Assembly (NCBI GenBank): GCA_963725825.1
Contig: CAVSAI010000031.1
Span: forward strand, 5,337-69,336
Reading direction: 5' to 3'
DNA from: Candidatus Aminicenantes bacterium
Lineage (GTDB): Bacteria; Acidobacteriota; Aminicenantia; Aminicenantales; Saccharicenantaceae
DNA length: 64,000 bases
Both the position numbers and the translations under genes were made by a program. Under the pieces are notes generated by a model. It had not been told where the DNA came from. It made no database searches and was given only the letters and a program-made list of their open reading frames with translations. Shown piece by piece: positions 25,484 to 35,929 of the stretch (positions are counted from its first letter, which is position 1; each line of letters starts with the position of its first letter).

Positions 25484-26227
25484 ATGAGCATCGTCGTTCT
25501 CCGGAATGTCTCTTTTGCCTATGACGGGGCGCCTGTCCTGATCGACATCGATCTGGTCATCGATGAAGGCGATTTCCTGGCCATCATCGGGCCCAACGGA
25601 TCAGGCAAGACGACGCTGGTCAAGCTCATCCTCGGACTCCTCCGGCCCACCGCGGGCCGGATCGAGATCTTCGGCAAGCCTCCCGCGCAATTCTCCGATT
25701 GGGACAAGGTCGGCTACGTCCCTCAGAAGGCGACCCACATCGACCCGTTCTTTCCGGCCTCGGTCGATGAGGTCGTCGGCATGGCGCTCATGTCCAGCCG
25801 CCGGCAGGGGAGCGCCAAAGGCCGCGAAGCCCGGGCCAGGGTGGGCCGGGCCCTCGAAGCGGTCGGCATGTCCCAGTTCGGCAGAGAGCCGGTCGGTCGG
25901 CTTTCGGGCGGCCAGCAGCAGCGCGTCTTCATCGCCCGGGCGCTCGTCACCTCACCCCGGGTCATCTTCCTTGACGAGCCGACGACCGGTGTCGATGCCG
26001 AAACGCAGACCGCCTTCTATGACATGCTCGACCGCCTGAACCGGAGCGAAGGCCTGACCATCGTCCTGGTCACTCACGACATCGGCATCGTCAACAAGCA
26101 CGTCAATCGCGTCGCCTGTCTCAACCAGAGGCTGATCTATCACGGCGATCACTCGGGCTTCTGCCGGTCGGACGCGTTCCGGGACATGATCGGCCACGGC
26201 GACCATCTCATCTCGCACGAGCACTGA
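25484..26227 (+). CDS. znuC: zinc/manganese ABC transporter ATP-binding protein
   Basis: Walker A GPNGSGKTT, signature LSGGQQQRV and Walker B VIFLDEPT. Confidence 0.9.
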   Translation: MSIVVLRNVSFAYDGAPVLIDIDLVIDEGDFLAIIGPNGSGKTTLVKLILGLLRPTAGRIEIFGKPPAQFSDWDKVGYVPQKATHIDPFFPASVDEVVGMALMSSRRQGSAKGREARARVGRALEAVGMSQFGREPVGRLSGGQQQRVFIARALVTSPRVIFLDEPTTGVDAETQTAFYDMLDRLNRSEGLTIVLVTHDIGIVNKHVNRVACLNQRLIYHGDHSGFCRSDAFRDMIGHGDHLISHEH

Positions 26228-26235
26228 GACAGCGG

Positions 26236-27057
26236 ATGCACGCGCTCTTCGCCTACGGCTTTCTCCAGCGGGCCTTTCTCGCGGGGGTCCTCATCGCCGT
26301 CGCCTGCGCCGTTCTGGGCGTCTTCCTCGTCCTGCGCAAGGACGCGATGATCGGCCACGGCCTGTCCCACATCGCCTTCGCCGGGGTTGCCCTGGGACTC
26401 TTTTTGAACGTCCTGCCGCTCGCCGCGGCCCTCGTCGTCGCGGTCGGGAGCGCGCTGGCCATCGTCAAGCTCAAGGGCCGGGCCGGCCTGCACGGCGATA
26501 CGGCCATCGGCATCTTCAGCAGCCTGGGCATGGCCGTGGGCATCCTCCTGGCCTCGCTGGCCCGGAGCTTCAATGTCGAGCTGATGTCCTATCTTTTCGG
26601 GGATATCCTGGCCATCGAGCCGCTCGAGGTCTGGCTGTCGATCGGATTGGCCGTCGCCGTCCTCGCGACGGTCTGGCTGAATTACGACAAGCTGCTGTTC
26701 ATGACCTTCGACCGCGAATCGGCGCGGGCGGCCGGGATCAAGGTCGGGCGCCTGGATACTCTGCTGATGGTGCTCACCGCCGTCACCATCGTCCTGGGAA
26801 TGAAGGTCGCCGGGATCCTGCTGGTGGCGGCCCTGATCGTCATTCCCGCGGCCGCCGGGCTTCAGGTCGCGAGAAGCTTCCGCACCGCCGTGAGGGCCTC
26901 GGCCGTGATCTCGGTCGCCGCGGTCGCGGGCGGTTTGGCTCTCTCGATCGCCGTCAACATCCCCGCCTCGGCGGCCATCGTCATCCTATGTTTCGTCGCT
27001 TTTGGGGCGCTTTTCGTGCTCAAGAAGGGGCGGGGGCTGCCCTCAACCTCGGACTGA
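26236..27057 (+). CDS. znuB: zinc/manganese ABC transporter permease
   Basis: 273-aa polytopic ABC-3 family permease, following znuA and znuC. Confidence 0.88.
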   Translation: MHALFAYGFLQRAFLAGVLIAVACAVLGVFLVLRKDAMIGHGLSHIAFAGVALGLFLNVLPLAAALVVAVGSALAIVKLKGRAGLHGDTAIGIFSSLGMAVGILLASLARSFNVELMSYLFGDILAIEPLEVWLSIGLAVAVLATVWLNYDKLLFMTFDRESARAAGIKVGRLDTLLMVLTAVTIVLGMKVAGILLVAALIVIPAAAGLQVARSFRTAVRASAVISVAAVAGGLALSIAVNIPASAAIVILCFVAFGALFVLKKGRGLPSTSD

Positions 27058-27059
27058 TC

Positions 27060-28745
27060 CTAATCCTTCTTTGGCCCGGCCAGGGCTCGGCCGACAATAT
27101 CTCGGACGGCCTTCCCCTCGTTGTCGAGGGTCTTCCGGGCAGCGGCCGCCCGGCGCTTGACCTGGTCCGTGAATTTCGCGTCCTTGATCCCGCCGAGATT
27201 GATGAGGACGTTGTAATAGGCCCCCTCGCCGGCCGTCTGGGCCGCGAGACCGGCGACGCCCGCGTCGCTCAGGGAATTCCTGTTCCCTTTGGCCGCCGCG
27301 ATCCGAGCCAGGCTGACCGCGTCGACGGCTTTTTCGAGGACTTCGAGAGGCACCAGGGTGGCCTCCTTGTTCGCCTCTTCGATCGCCCTGTCTTTTTCCT
27401 CGGCCTGTTCGGGGGTCGTCTTGGGCAGACGGAACGCCTCCATGACTCTGTTGAAGGCCTTGGTATCGCGGTCGACCGCTTCGAGCAGGAAGTCCTTGAG
27501 CGCCTGGGCCTCGACGGCCGTTGAGCTCAACTCGTCGCAGACGGCCTCATAGCCCTTCTTGCCCACTGTCAAGTTGGCGACCATGGCCGACAGGCCCGCG
27601 GACAAAGCGCCGCAGAGAGCGGCGACGCTCCCTCCGCCCGGAGCGGGAGAATCCATCGACAGCTCGTCGGCGAAGCCACGGAGGGTCATAGCGGCCAAGG
27701 CGGGTCCCGGCTCGCGGACCTGGTATTCGATGATCTTCTTCTCCGGCTCGAAAGGCACGACGTCGCTGAGGCCGAGAGAGCGGACGGCCATTCGAATAAG
27801 CTCCCCCTCGGGGACGCCGGGGCTCTTGCCCTGCTTTTCGAGATAGTGGCGGCCGGCCATGAGGAGCGCCTCCTTGGGGATGAGGCCGACGAGCTCGCTG
27901 CCCGTGACGCGCAGGCCGAGCTTTCCGGCCAGCCGGACGGCCTCGTCGAAGACGACGTGGACCGGCGTCTTTCCGTAGTTGGTGAAATTAACCGAGACCT
28001 GGGCCAGCCCGTAATCCTCGACGTACCAGCCGACGGACTTGACGTTCTTGAACTTCCCCGGGACCGTGACGGTGTTGCCCCGGGCGTCCTTGATCGCGTT
28101 GCCGTCCTTGTCGCGCTTGGCCCGGCCGCTCTCGCGAAGGCTCAGGGCGATCTCGTGGGCGAGCTTGCGATCCCGCGTGTTGAGGTTGATGTTGTAAGCG
28201 ATAAGGAACTCGCGGGCGCCGATCGTCGTCGCCCCCGACCTGGGGTTGAAAACGGCCTCTCCGAAATCCGGCGCCCAACGCGGATCCCTGAGCTTCTCGG
28301 GGAGGCCTTCATACTCGCCGGCCCTGACCGTGGCCAGGTTCCGTCGCTCGGGCTTGCGCGCCGCGGCCTCGTAGAGGTAGACCGGGATGGCCAGCTCGTC
28401 GGCGACCCGCCGGCCGAGGTCGGCGGCCAGCCGGACACAGTCCTCCATGGTCACCCCCGAGACGGGGACGAAGGGGCAGACGTCCGTCGCGCCCATGCGG
28501 GGATGGGCTCCTTTGTGGGCCCGCATGTCGATGACCTCGGCGGCCTTGGCGATGGCCCGGAAGGCCGCCTCCTCGGCCGCTTCCGGTGGCCCGATAAAGG
28601 TCACCACGGTCCGGTTGGTCGAGGCCCCCGGGTCGACGTCGAGGAGCTTGACACCGGGGACCGCTTCGATCTCACGGGTGATGGCCCGGATCTTGTCCGA
28701 GTCCCGGCCTTCGCTGAAATTGGGGACGCATTCGACGAGCTTCAT
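27060..28745 (-). CDS. bifunctional glutamate formimidoyltransferase / formimidoyltetrahydrofolate cyclodeaminase
   Basis: 561 aa. The N-terminus MKLVECVPNFSEGRD is the formiminotransferase hallmark. The C-terminal ~200 aa (…GGGSVAALCGALSAGLSAMV…) is the cyclodeaminase domain. Confidence 0.85.
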   Translation of the reverse strand: MKLVECVPNFSEGRDSDKIRAITREIEAVPGVKLLDVDPGASTNRTVVTFIGPPEAAEEAAFRAIAKAAEVIDMRAHKGAHPRMGATDVCPFVPVSGVTMEDCVRLAADLGRRVADELAIPVYLYEAAARKPERRNLATVRAGEYEGLPEKLRDPRWAPDFGEAVFNPRSGATTIGAREFLIAYNINLNTRDRKLAHEIALSLRESGRAKRDKDGNAIKDARGNTVTVPGKFKNVKSVGWYVEDYGLAQVSVNFTNYGKTPVHVVFDEAVRLAGKLGLRVTGSELVGLIPKEALLMAGRHYLEKQGKSPGVPEGELIRMAVRSLGLSDVVPFEPEKKIIEYQVREPGPALAAMTLRGFADELSMDSPAPGGGSVAALCGALSAGLSAMVANLTVGKKGYEAVCDELSSTAVEAQALKDFLLEAVDRDTKAFNRVMEAFRLPKTTPEQAEEKDRAIEEANKEATLVPLEVLEKAVDAVSLARIAAAKGNRNSLSDAGVAGLAAQTAGEGAYYNVLINLGGIKDAKFTDQVKRRAAAARKTLDNEGKAVRDIVGRALAGPKKD

Positions 28746-30229
28746 CGTCCTACTCCTTTGCCCAGGGTGCGCTTGAGCTGCCCGGACGTGTCATAGACCT
28801 CGACCACGCCGAGATCGCCGAGATATTGATCGAGCCATTCCGGACGGCCGACGATGACCACGACGGGAGTCGCCAAGAGGTATTTTTTGGCGGCCTCCCG
28901 GACCCGCTCGGCGTCGACTCGCTTGAGCTCTTCGGGCCCCATGTCCCACTGGCTCTGGTCGAGCCCGAGAGCGATGTAGCGCGCCATCCATTCGGCGAAT
29001 CCTGCGGACGACTCGAACCGGAGGGGCAGGCTCCCTACGAGGTAGGATTTGGCCTCCTCGATCTCGGAAGGGACGGCCGGACTCGAGGCCAGGGCGCTGA
29101 TCTCGCCGACGATCTCATCGACCGCCGGGACGACGGACTCGGGCTTGACCAGGGCCCGGGCCCAATAGAGCCCGCAGGACCTGAAGACCTCCATCTCGGT
29201 GAACGCGTAGGTGGCATATTCCCTGGCCTCGCGCAGGTTCATGAACAGTCGGCTGCGGGTCGTACCCCCGAGGATCTGCTTGAGCACCAGAAAGGGGAAA
29301 AAGTCTCGGCTCGAGGATCCCATGATCAGGTTCCCCGCGAAGACCGTTGCGGCCGTCGATCCGGGTGCTTCGATGTAGCAGAACCGTTTCCGGTCGTTCG
29401 GCCGCGGCGGCGGAGGGAAGGCCCGCTCGGGGGCGGGGCCGGTCCAGGCGCCGAAGTGGCTGCCCACCTTCTGAGCGACGGCCGCCCCTTCGATATCTCC
29501 CGACACAAGGACGGCCGCGTTCCCGGGCCGGTAGAAAGTGCCGTAGAAGTCGGCGACGTCGCGAGTCGTAATGAACTTGATGAGCTCTTCGCTGTACGAC
29601 GCGACCCGGTAGGGATGGTCGGCGAACAGGACGCCGAGGAGCTGTCTCCACCCGAGGACCTCGGGGTCCTTCTTGCTCTCAAAGATCTGCCAGAACGACG
29701 TGCGCCGCACCGCGGCCAGCTCGCGCTCGCTGAACGACGCCTCGAGGGCCATGAGACGGAGGACATAGACGGCCCGGTCGAGGAATTCGTTGAGCACGTT
29801 CACGGTCAGGACCGTATAGTCCATGAAGACGGCCACCGAGAACTCGGCGCCGAGGGTTTCGAGCATGTTCTCGAGATATTCGGCCGAAAGCATCTTGGTG
29901 CCTTTGCCGATCATCCGGGCCGTCACCGACGCCAGCCCCGGCCGGCCGGGCGGGGAGTCCGCTTCTCCGGCGCGGATGACCAGCTGGAGCGTGACCACGT
30001 GGGTCCCCGGCCTCCGGGCGGTAGCCACGGTGAGCCCATTCGGCAGGGAGAAAGTCTCGATCGAAGGAAGCTTGAGCTCCATGCGCTGCGCATCGGGCAG
30101 CGGCGGGGTCCTGCGGAACTTCTCTTGGGCCCCGGCAGGGCGCGCCAAGGAAAGGACAACCAAGACCGCAGCCATGACGGCGCGAAGGGACGGGCCCGCC
30201 GAATGGAGAAGAAGCGTTTGGGCCCTCAT
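28742..30229 (-). CDS. M16 (pitrilysin) family protein, zinc motif absent
   Basis: 495 aa with a signal peptide and the M16 fold pattern. The position of HxxEH reads SVTAR (GLASVTARMIGKGT). It overlaps the upstream M16 gene by 4 nt (ATGA). Confidence 0.8.
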   Translation of the reverse strand: MRAQTLLLHSAGPSLRAVMAAVLVVLSLARPAGAQEKFRRTPPLPDAQRMELKLPSIETFSLPNGLTVATARRPGTHVVTLQLVIRAGEADSPPGRPGLASVTARMIGKGTKMLSAEYLENMLETLGAEFSVAVFMDYTVLTVNVLNEFLDRAVYVLRLMALEASFSERELAAVRRTSFWQIFESKKDPEVLGWRQLLGVLFADHPYRVASYSEELIKFITTRDVADFYGTFYRPGNAAVLVSGDIEGAAVAQKVGSHFGAWTGPAPERAFPPPPRPNDRKRFCYIEAPGSTAATVFAGNLIMGSSSRDFFPFLVLKQILGGTTRSRLFMNLREAREYATYAFTEMEVFRSCGLYWARALVKPESVVPAVDEIVGEISALASSPAVPSEIEEAKSYLVGSLPLRFESSAGFAEWMARYIALGLDQSQWDMGPEELKRVDAERVREAAKKYLLATPVVVIVGRPEWLDQYLGDLGVVEVYDTSGQLKRTLGKGVGR

Positions 30230-31563
30230 TGGGGCCCGAACTCCAGGACGACGCGGTTTTGGGGCGTAAAGTATTTGGCGGCGAACGCCTCCAGGTTCTG
30301 GGGGCTGACGCTCAGGACCGCGGCCAGATCACCGCCGAGAGTATCGAGGCGCTTTCCGGCGAAAAAGGCGTCGACGAGAAAACGGGCCTTCCCCAGGTTC
30401 GTCGACAGGCGATCGAAGTAGTCCGTCTTGAATCGGCGCCTGGCCCTGTTGAGTTCGTCCAGGGAGATTGCGCTCGACCTGAGCCTGTCGATCTCGGCCA
30501 GAATGCCTTTCTCTGAGCGAGCGACCAAAATGGCGTTCGTCGCAAGGCAGAACAGCTTCAGGGTGGCGATGCTCGGCCGCTCGTCCAGCGCCCCGGTGAG
30601 ATAGCGGGCCGTCAGGTCGCGCCGCAGCAAGCGGGCCCTCAGCCGCGACGTCTCGCCCTGGAGGAGGATATATTCGAGGATGCGCAGGCAATCCGCATCG
30701 CCCGGCTGGAGCGGGAAGAAGCGGAACCCCATGTGAAAGCCCGCGCTTCCCGAGGGTATCCGGATCTTCCTCTCGACGGCATCGCTTTCCCGCCTGAACG
30801 CAGGACTGGGAGGGAAGGGGATCTCCAAGCCGGGAGGGATCGAGTCGAAGTACTTGGAGACGAGCTCTCGGGTCCTGGCGATATCGATGTTGCCGACGAT
30901 GGAAAGGACGGCGTTGTTCGGGACGTAGTAGGTCCGATGGAACTCGAGGATCTCGGCCTCGCCGAGGTTCCTCATGCGGGGCCCGATCAGGGGATGACCG
31001 TAAAGATAGTCGGGGAACAGGAGCGAGTCGAATTCGGAGAACGTCTGGAGGTAGGGGTCGGCGGCCACCCTCTCCTCATGCTCCTTGAGAAGGTCCTCGC
31101 GCGTCCGGTCGATGGCGGCCGGGGTGATGACCAGGGATTTCATCCGGTCGGACTCGAGCCAGAGGGCCAGGGGGAGCTGGTTCGAGGGGAGCGTCTCATA
31201 GAAAAGGGCCTTGTCCGGGCTCGTGGTCGCGTTGAGCTCCCCGCCGACCTTCTGGACGAAGGAGATATGCTGGAGGGGGCTGACGTTATCCGACCCCTGG
31301 AACATCAGGTTCTCGAGGAGAAACGCCAGGCCCTCCTGGCTGGACTTCTCCCGGAGTGTCCCTGAGCCGTAGCCGACGGCCACCGTCACGAGGGGAAGGC
31401 GGGCATCCTCGGACAGGATGACGCGCAGGCCGTTCCTCAGCCTGTACTCCTGGAAGACAAAGGGCAGGGACTCGGGAGCGGCGGCGCCCTGTGACCCGGC
31501 GGCCTGACGGGCGGGAAGGACTACGGAGGCTAAAAAGATGAGCGCCAGCGCCGTTCTGTTCAT
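30226..31563 (-). CDS. M16 (pitrilysin) family protein, zinc motif degenerate
   Basis: In frame within ORF 30226..31692, starting at MNRTALALIFLASVVLPARQAAG (signal peptide). The position of HxxEH reads FLLEN (GLAFLLENLMFQGS). Confidence 0.8.
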   Translation of the reverse strand: MNRTALALIFLASVVLPARQAAGSQGAAAPESLPFVFQEYRLRNGLRVILSEDARLPLVTVAVGYGSGTLREKSSQEGLAFLLENLMFQGSDNVSPLQHISFVQKVGGELNATTSPDKALFYETLPSNQLPLALWLESDRMKSLVITPAAIDRTREDLLKEHEERVAADPYLQTFSEFDSLLFPDYLYGHPLIGPRMRNLGEAEILEFHRTYYVPNNAVLSIVGNIDIARTRELVSKYFDSIPPGLEIPFPPSPAFRRESDAVERKIRIPSGSAGFHMGFRFFPLQPGDADCLRILEYILLQGETSRLRARLLRRDLTARYLTGALDERPSIATLKLFCLATNAILVARSEKGILAEIDRLRSSAISLDELNRARRRFKTDYFDRLSTNLGKARFLVDAFFAGKRLDTLGGDLAAVLSVSPQNLEAFAAKYFTPQNRVVLEFGPQ

Positions 31564-31694
31564 TTCTCTCGAGAAGGCCTTGTCCGGACGACATTCAACA
31601 ATAGCACAAAGCCAGGCCCTTGAAAATCCCCTCTGGGATGTGCTATTTTGGGCCGAAGAAGAAGCCGGGGACACCGGCCGGATGGGAGGCATTC

Positions 31695-32954
<1,260 letters not shown>

Positions 32955-32980
32955 CCGGCGGCGGAAGACCGGACCGAGGC

Positions 32981-33745
32981 CTAACGCTCTCCGATCAGCC
33001 GCAGGTAGCGGGCGATCGTGTCCTTCGTTTCGGCGTCGGTGATCTTTCCCTGGATCTTGAGGAAGGCCTGCTTGGACCGGGCGTAATCCTCGTTCTTGAA
33101 ATAGGCGACGGCCAGGTTGTAGTTGAAAAGGACATCTTCGGGCACGATCTTGACGGCCGCCTCGTAGGAGGAGATGGCCTCGCCCAGATCGCCCTTCTTC
33201 TCGTAGATCACTCCCCTGAGATTGTAGGCCATGGCCAGCCGGGGCTTGATCTGGATGGCCTTCTGGACGTTATCGAGGGCTTCGTCGAGCCTGTTCTGCA
33301 CGACATAAAGCCGGGCCAGATTGGTATAGGCCAATTCCCGGTTCTGGTAGGTGAGATCGGCCAGGGCCCTGCGGAATTCCTGCTCGGCCTTGTCGAGCTG
33401 GTTCATCTCCTGATAGACCGTGCCCAGATTGTTGTGGGCCTCGGTGAACTGGGGATTGACCGCCAGGCATTTCAGGTACGCCTTGGCGGATTCGTCCAGC
33501 CGTCCCCTCATCGAATGGGCCAGCCCGAGGCCGTTCCAGGCGAGATAGAAGTTCGTGTCGAGGGACAGGGCTTTGACGAAATACTTCGATGCGTTCTCGG
33601 CATCGCTCTGGTTGAGATAGAACAAACCGAGGTTGTACTGGTACTTGGGGTCCTTCTCCCGCGCCCTCTGGATCTTGCTCTGCGAGGACGCGCAGAAGGC
33701 CAGGCTGGCACAGACCGTCATGACGGCGATGGCTTTGGCTTTCAT
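32981..33745 (-). CDS. tetratricopeptide-repeat lipoprotein
   Basis: MKAKAIAVMTVCASLAFCASS has a lipobox (LAFC) and is followed by several TPR units. An AAGGAGGAG SD lies upstream of the ATG at 33745. An alternative ATG at 33781 overlaps the gpsA stop. Confidence 0.7.
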   Translation of the reverse strand: MKAKAIAVMTVCASLAFCASSQSKIQRAREKDPKYQYNLGLFYLNQSDAENASKYFVKALSLDTNFYLAWNGLGLAHSMRGRLDESAKAYLKCLAVNPQFTEAHNNLGTVYQEMNQLDKAEQEFRRALADLTYQNRELAYTNLARLYVVQNRLDEALDNVQKAIQIKPRLAMAYNLRGVIYEKKGDLGEAISSYEAAVKIVPEDVLFNYNLAVAYFKNEDYARSKQAFLKIQGKITDAETKDTIARYLRLIGER

Positions 33746-33777
33746 CCGACTCCTCCTTGATTCGGGATCCCCGGCCG

Positions 33778-34773
33778 TCATTCCGCCTTGAGCGCCCGGG
33801 ACATCAGATCTTCCACGGCTTTCTTGGGGGACTTGCCGCGGTAGAGGACTTGATAGATCTCTTCGGAAATGGGCATCTCCACGCCGAGGGCCCGGGAGAT
33901 GCGGCGGGCGGCGACCGTCGTATGGACGCCTTCGGCCACCATCCTCATCCCGGCCAGGATCTCGCGGAGGGATCGCCCTTTGCCGAGCTCGTGTCCGACG
34001 CGATGGTTGCGGCTCAGCTCGCCGGTGCAGGTCAGGACGAGATCGCCGAACCCGGCCAGTCCGGCGAAGGTCTCCTTCCGGGCGCCGAGCGCCAGCCCCA
34101 GGTTGGTGATCTCGACGTTGCCGCGGGTGATAAGCGCGGCCCGCGTGTTCAGACCGAACTTCATCGCATCGGCGATCCCCGCGGCGATGGCCACGACATT
34201 TTTCAGAGCGCCAGCCACTTCGACGCCGGCCACATCGGTCGAGGTGTAAGCCCGCAGGGTCACGCTGGAGATGAGGTGCTGCACATCCCGGGCGGCCGAA
34301 GGATCGCGCGAGGCGACGACCAAAGCCGTGGGGTGGCCCGAAGCGACCTCCTTGGCGAAGCTCGGGCCGGACAGCACGGCCACGCGAGGCCGGACATGGG
34401 GCCTGAAGACTTCCTCCATGACCTGGCTCATGCGCATCAGGGTCCTCTTGTCGAACCCCTTGGTCAGGCTGACGACGATCTGGTCCCGCCGCAGAACAGG
34501 GGCGATCCGGGTGTAGACGACCCGGCAGAACTGCGACGGAACGGCGATGAACACGATGTCGCCGAAGGCCGCCGGCTCTCGGAGATCGTCCGTGAACCTG
34601 ACGGTGTCCGGAAAGCGGAAGCCGGGGAGGAAGGCCGCGTTTTCACGGGAGGCGCGGGCCTCTCGCAGGATATCCTCTTCGCGGATCCACAACAGGGTCG
34701 GCAAGCCGATCGAGCCGAGGTAGCGGGCGAAAGCCGACCCCCAGCTCCCGCCGCCGATGACGGATGTGTTCAT
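33778..34773 (-). CDS. gpsA: NAD(P)H-dependent glycerol-3-phosphate dehydrogenase
   Basis: IGGGSWGSAFA Rossmann motif and a GFGDLVLTCTG..SRN block. 331 aa. Confidence 0.9.
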   Translation of the reverse strand: MNTSVIGGGSWGSAFARYLGSIGLPTLLWIREEDILREARASRENAAFLPGFRFPDTVRFTDDLREPAAFGDIVFIAVPSQFCRVVYTRIAPVLRRDQIVVSLTKGFDKRTLMRMSQVMEEVFRPHVRPRVAVLSGPSFAKEVASGHPTALVVASRDPSAARDVQHLISSVTLRAYTSTDVAGVEVAGALKNVVAIAAGIADAMKFGLNTRAALITRGNVEITNLGLALGARKETFAGLAGFGDLVLTCTGELSRNHRVGHELGKGRSLREILAGMRMVAEGVHTTVAARRISRALGVEMPISEEIYQVLYRGKSPKKAVEDLMSRALKAE

Positions 34774-35360
34774 GCCGCTTTCTCTCCGAGCTTTCTTTCG
34801 GCTCCGTGGAGCAGTCGCTTGATGTTCCCTTCATGCCTGAAGACGACCAGCGCGGCGATGGCCAGGGCGATCCCCGCGACGGCTGCGGATCCGCCTGCGG
34901 CGAGGACGACGAGGGGAAAGGCCAGGGCGCCGAGGATCGATCCGAGAGAAACGAAGCGCGTCAGCCCGACGACGATCAAGAACAGGCCGACGGCGGCCAG
35001 GGCCGGGGCCCAGGCGATGGCCGCGAAGGCGCCGAGCGCGGTGGCGACACCCTTCCCGCCTCGGAAGCCGATCGAGAACGGGAAGCAGTGCCCGACCACG
35101 GCCAAGAGGCCGCAGAGAGCGGAGAAGACCGGGTCGCCGAACCATCGCCAGGCGAGAAAGACGGGCAGGGCGCCCTTCAGGATATCGAAGGCGACGACCG
35201 GGAGGGCGACCTTCCAGCCTTTGACCCGCAGGACATTGGTCGCCCCCGTGCTTCCGCTTCCGAATTCGCGGACGTCCCTGGTCCCGGACCAGCGGGAGAG
35301 GAGATAGCCGGTCGGGACCGAGCCCAAGAGATAGGAGGCGACCGCCATGAGGATCTTCAT
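34770..35360 (-). CDS. plsY: glycerol-3-phosphate acyltransferase PlsY
   Basis: 196-aa membrane protein. Blocks: GSGSTGATNVLR and GFRGGKGVATALG. Confidence 0.9.
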   Translation of the reverse strand: MKILMAVASYLLGSVPTGYLLSRWSGTRDVREFGSGSTGATNVLRVKGWKVALPVVAFDILKGALPVFLAWRWFGDPVFSALCGLLAVVGHCFPFSIGFRGGKGVATALGAFAAIAWAPALAAVGLFLIVVGLTRFVSLGSILGALAFPLVVLAAGGSAAVAGIALAIAALVVFRHEGNIKRLLHGAERKLGEKAA

Positions 35361-35926
35361 GGGAGCTCCGCCTCGAAGACGATCCGGTACTCGGCGCCCT
35401 CCGGGCCGAGCAGACTCTCGAAAAGGGCGACCTTGTGGACGGTCATGGCCCCGAAGGACCTCTCGCGGTGCTTGGCCAGCTCGCTCATCGCCTTGGCGAC
35501 CCGTTCCGGGCCCTTGACCCGGCCGAGGGTCAGATGAGGCGTAAAGCCCCGTTTCTCCCGCTCGAAGCCCTCAGCCTCGAGCGCGGTTTCGATGTCGTCC
35601 TGAAGGGCCAGCAGCTCCGGTTCGGCGGCGAAGCCGACCCACAGGACGCGCGGGCTCGCCTCGCCCGGAAAGGCCCCTGTGCCTTCGAGACGCAACGGGA
35701 AAGCGCGATGAAGCCCGGCGACGTCCTTCATGACCTCCTTGACCCGAAGGACCTGGCCTTCGTCGATCGGACCGAGGAACTTGAGCGTCAGGTGCATCCC
35801 TCCGCCGCTCACCCAGCGGATGTCCGCCCGCGTGGCCCGGAGCTCCTGGACGAGGGAGAGAAGGGACTCCTTGATCTGCGGTTCGAGGTCGATGGCGATG
35901 AATGCTCTCATCGGATCACTCGCCAT
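35357..35926 (-). CDS. thpR: RNA 2',3'-cyclic phosphodiesterase (2H family, LigT/ThpR)
   Basis: Two HxT/S motifs are present: MHLTLKFLG and PHLTLGR. 189 aa. Confidence 0.85.
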   Translation of the reverse strand: MASDPMRAFIAIDLEPQIKESLLSLVQELRATRADIRWVSGGGMHLTLKFLGPIDEGQVLRVKEVMKDVAGLHRAFPLRLEGTGAFPGEASPRVLWVGFAAEPELLALQDDIETALEAEGFEREKRGFTPHLTLGRVKGPERVAKAMSELAKHRERSFGAMTVHKVALFESLLGPEGAEYRIVFEAELP

Positions 35927-35929
35927 CCA

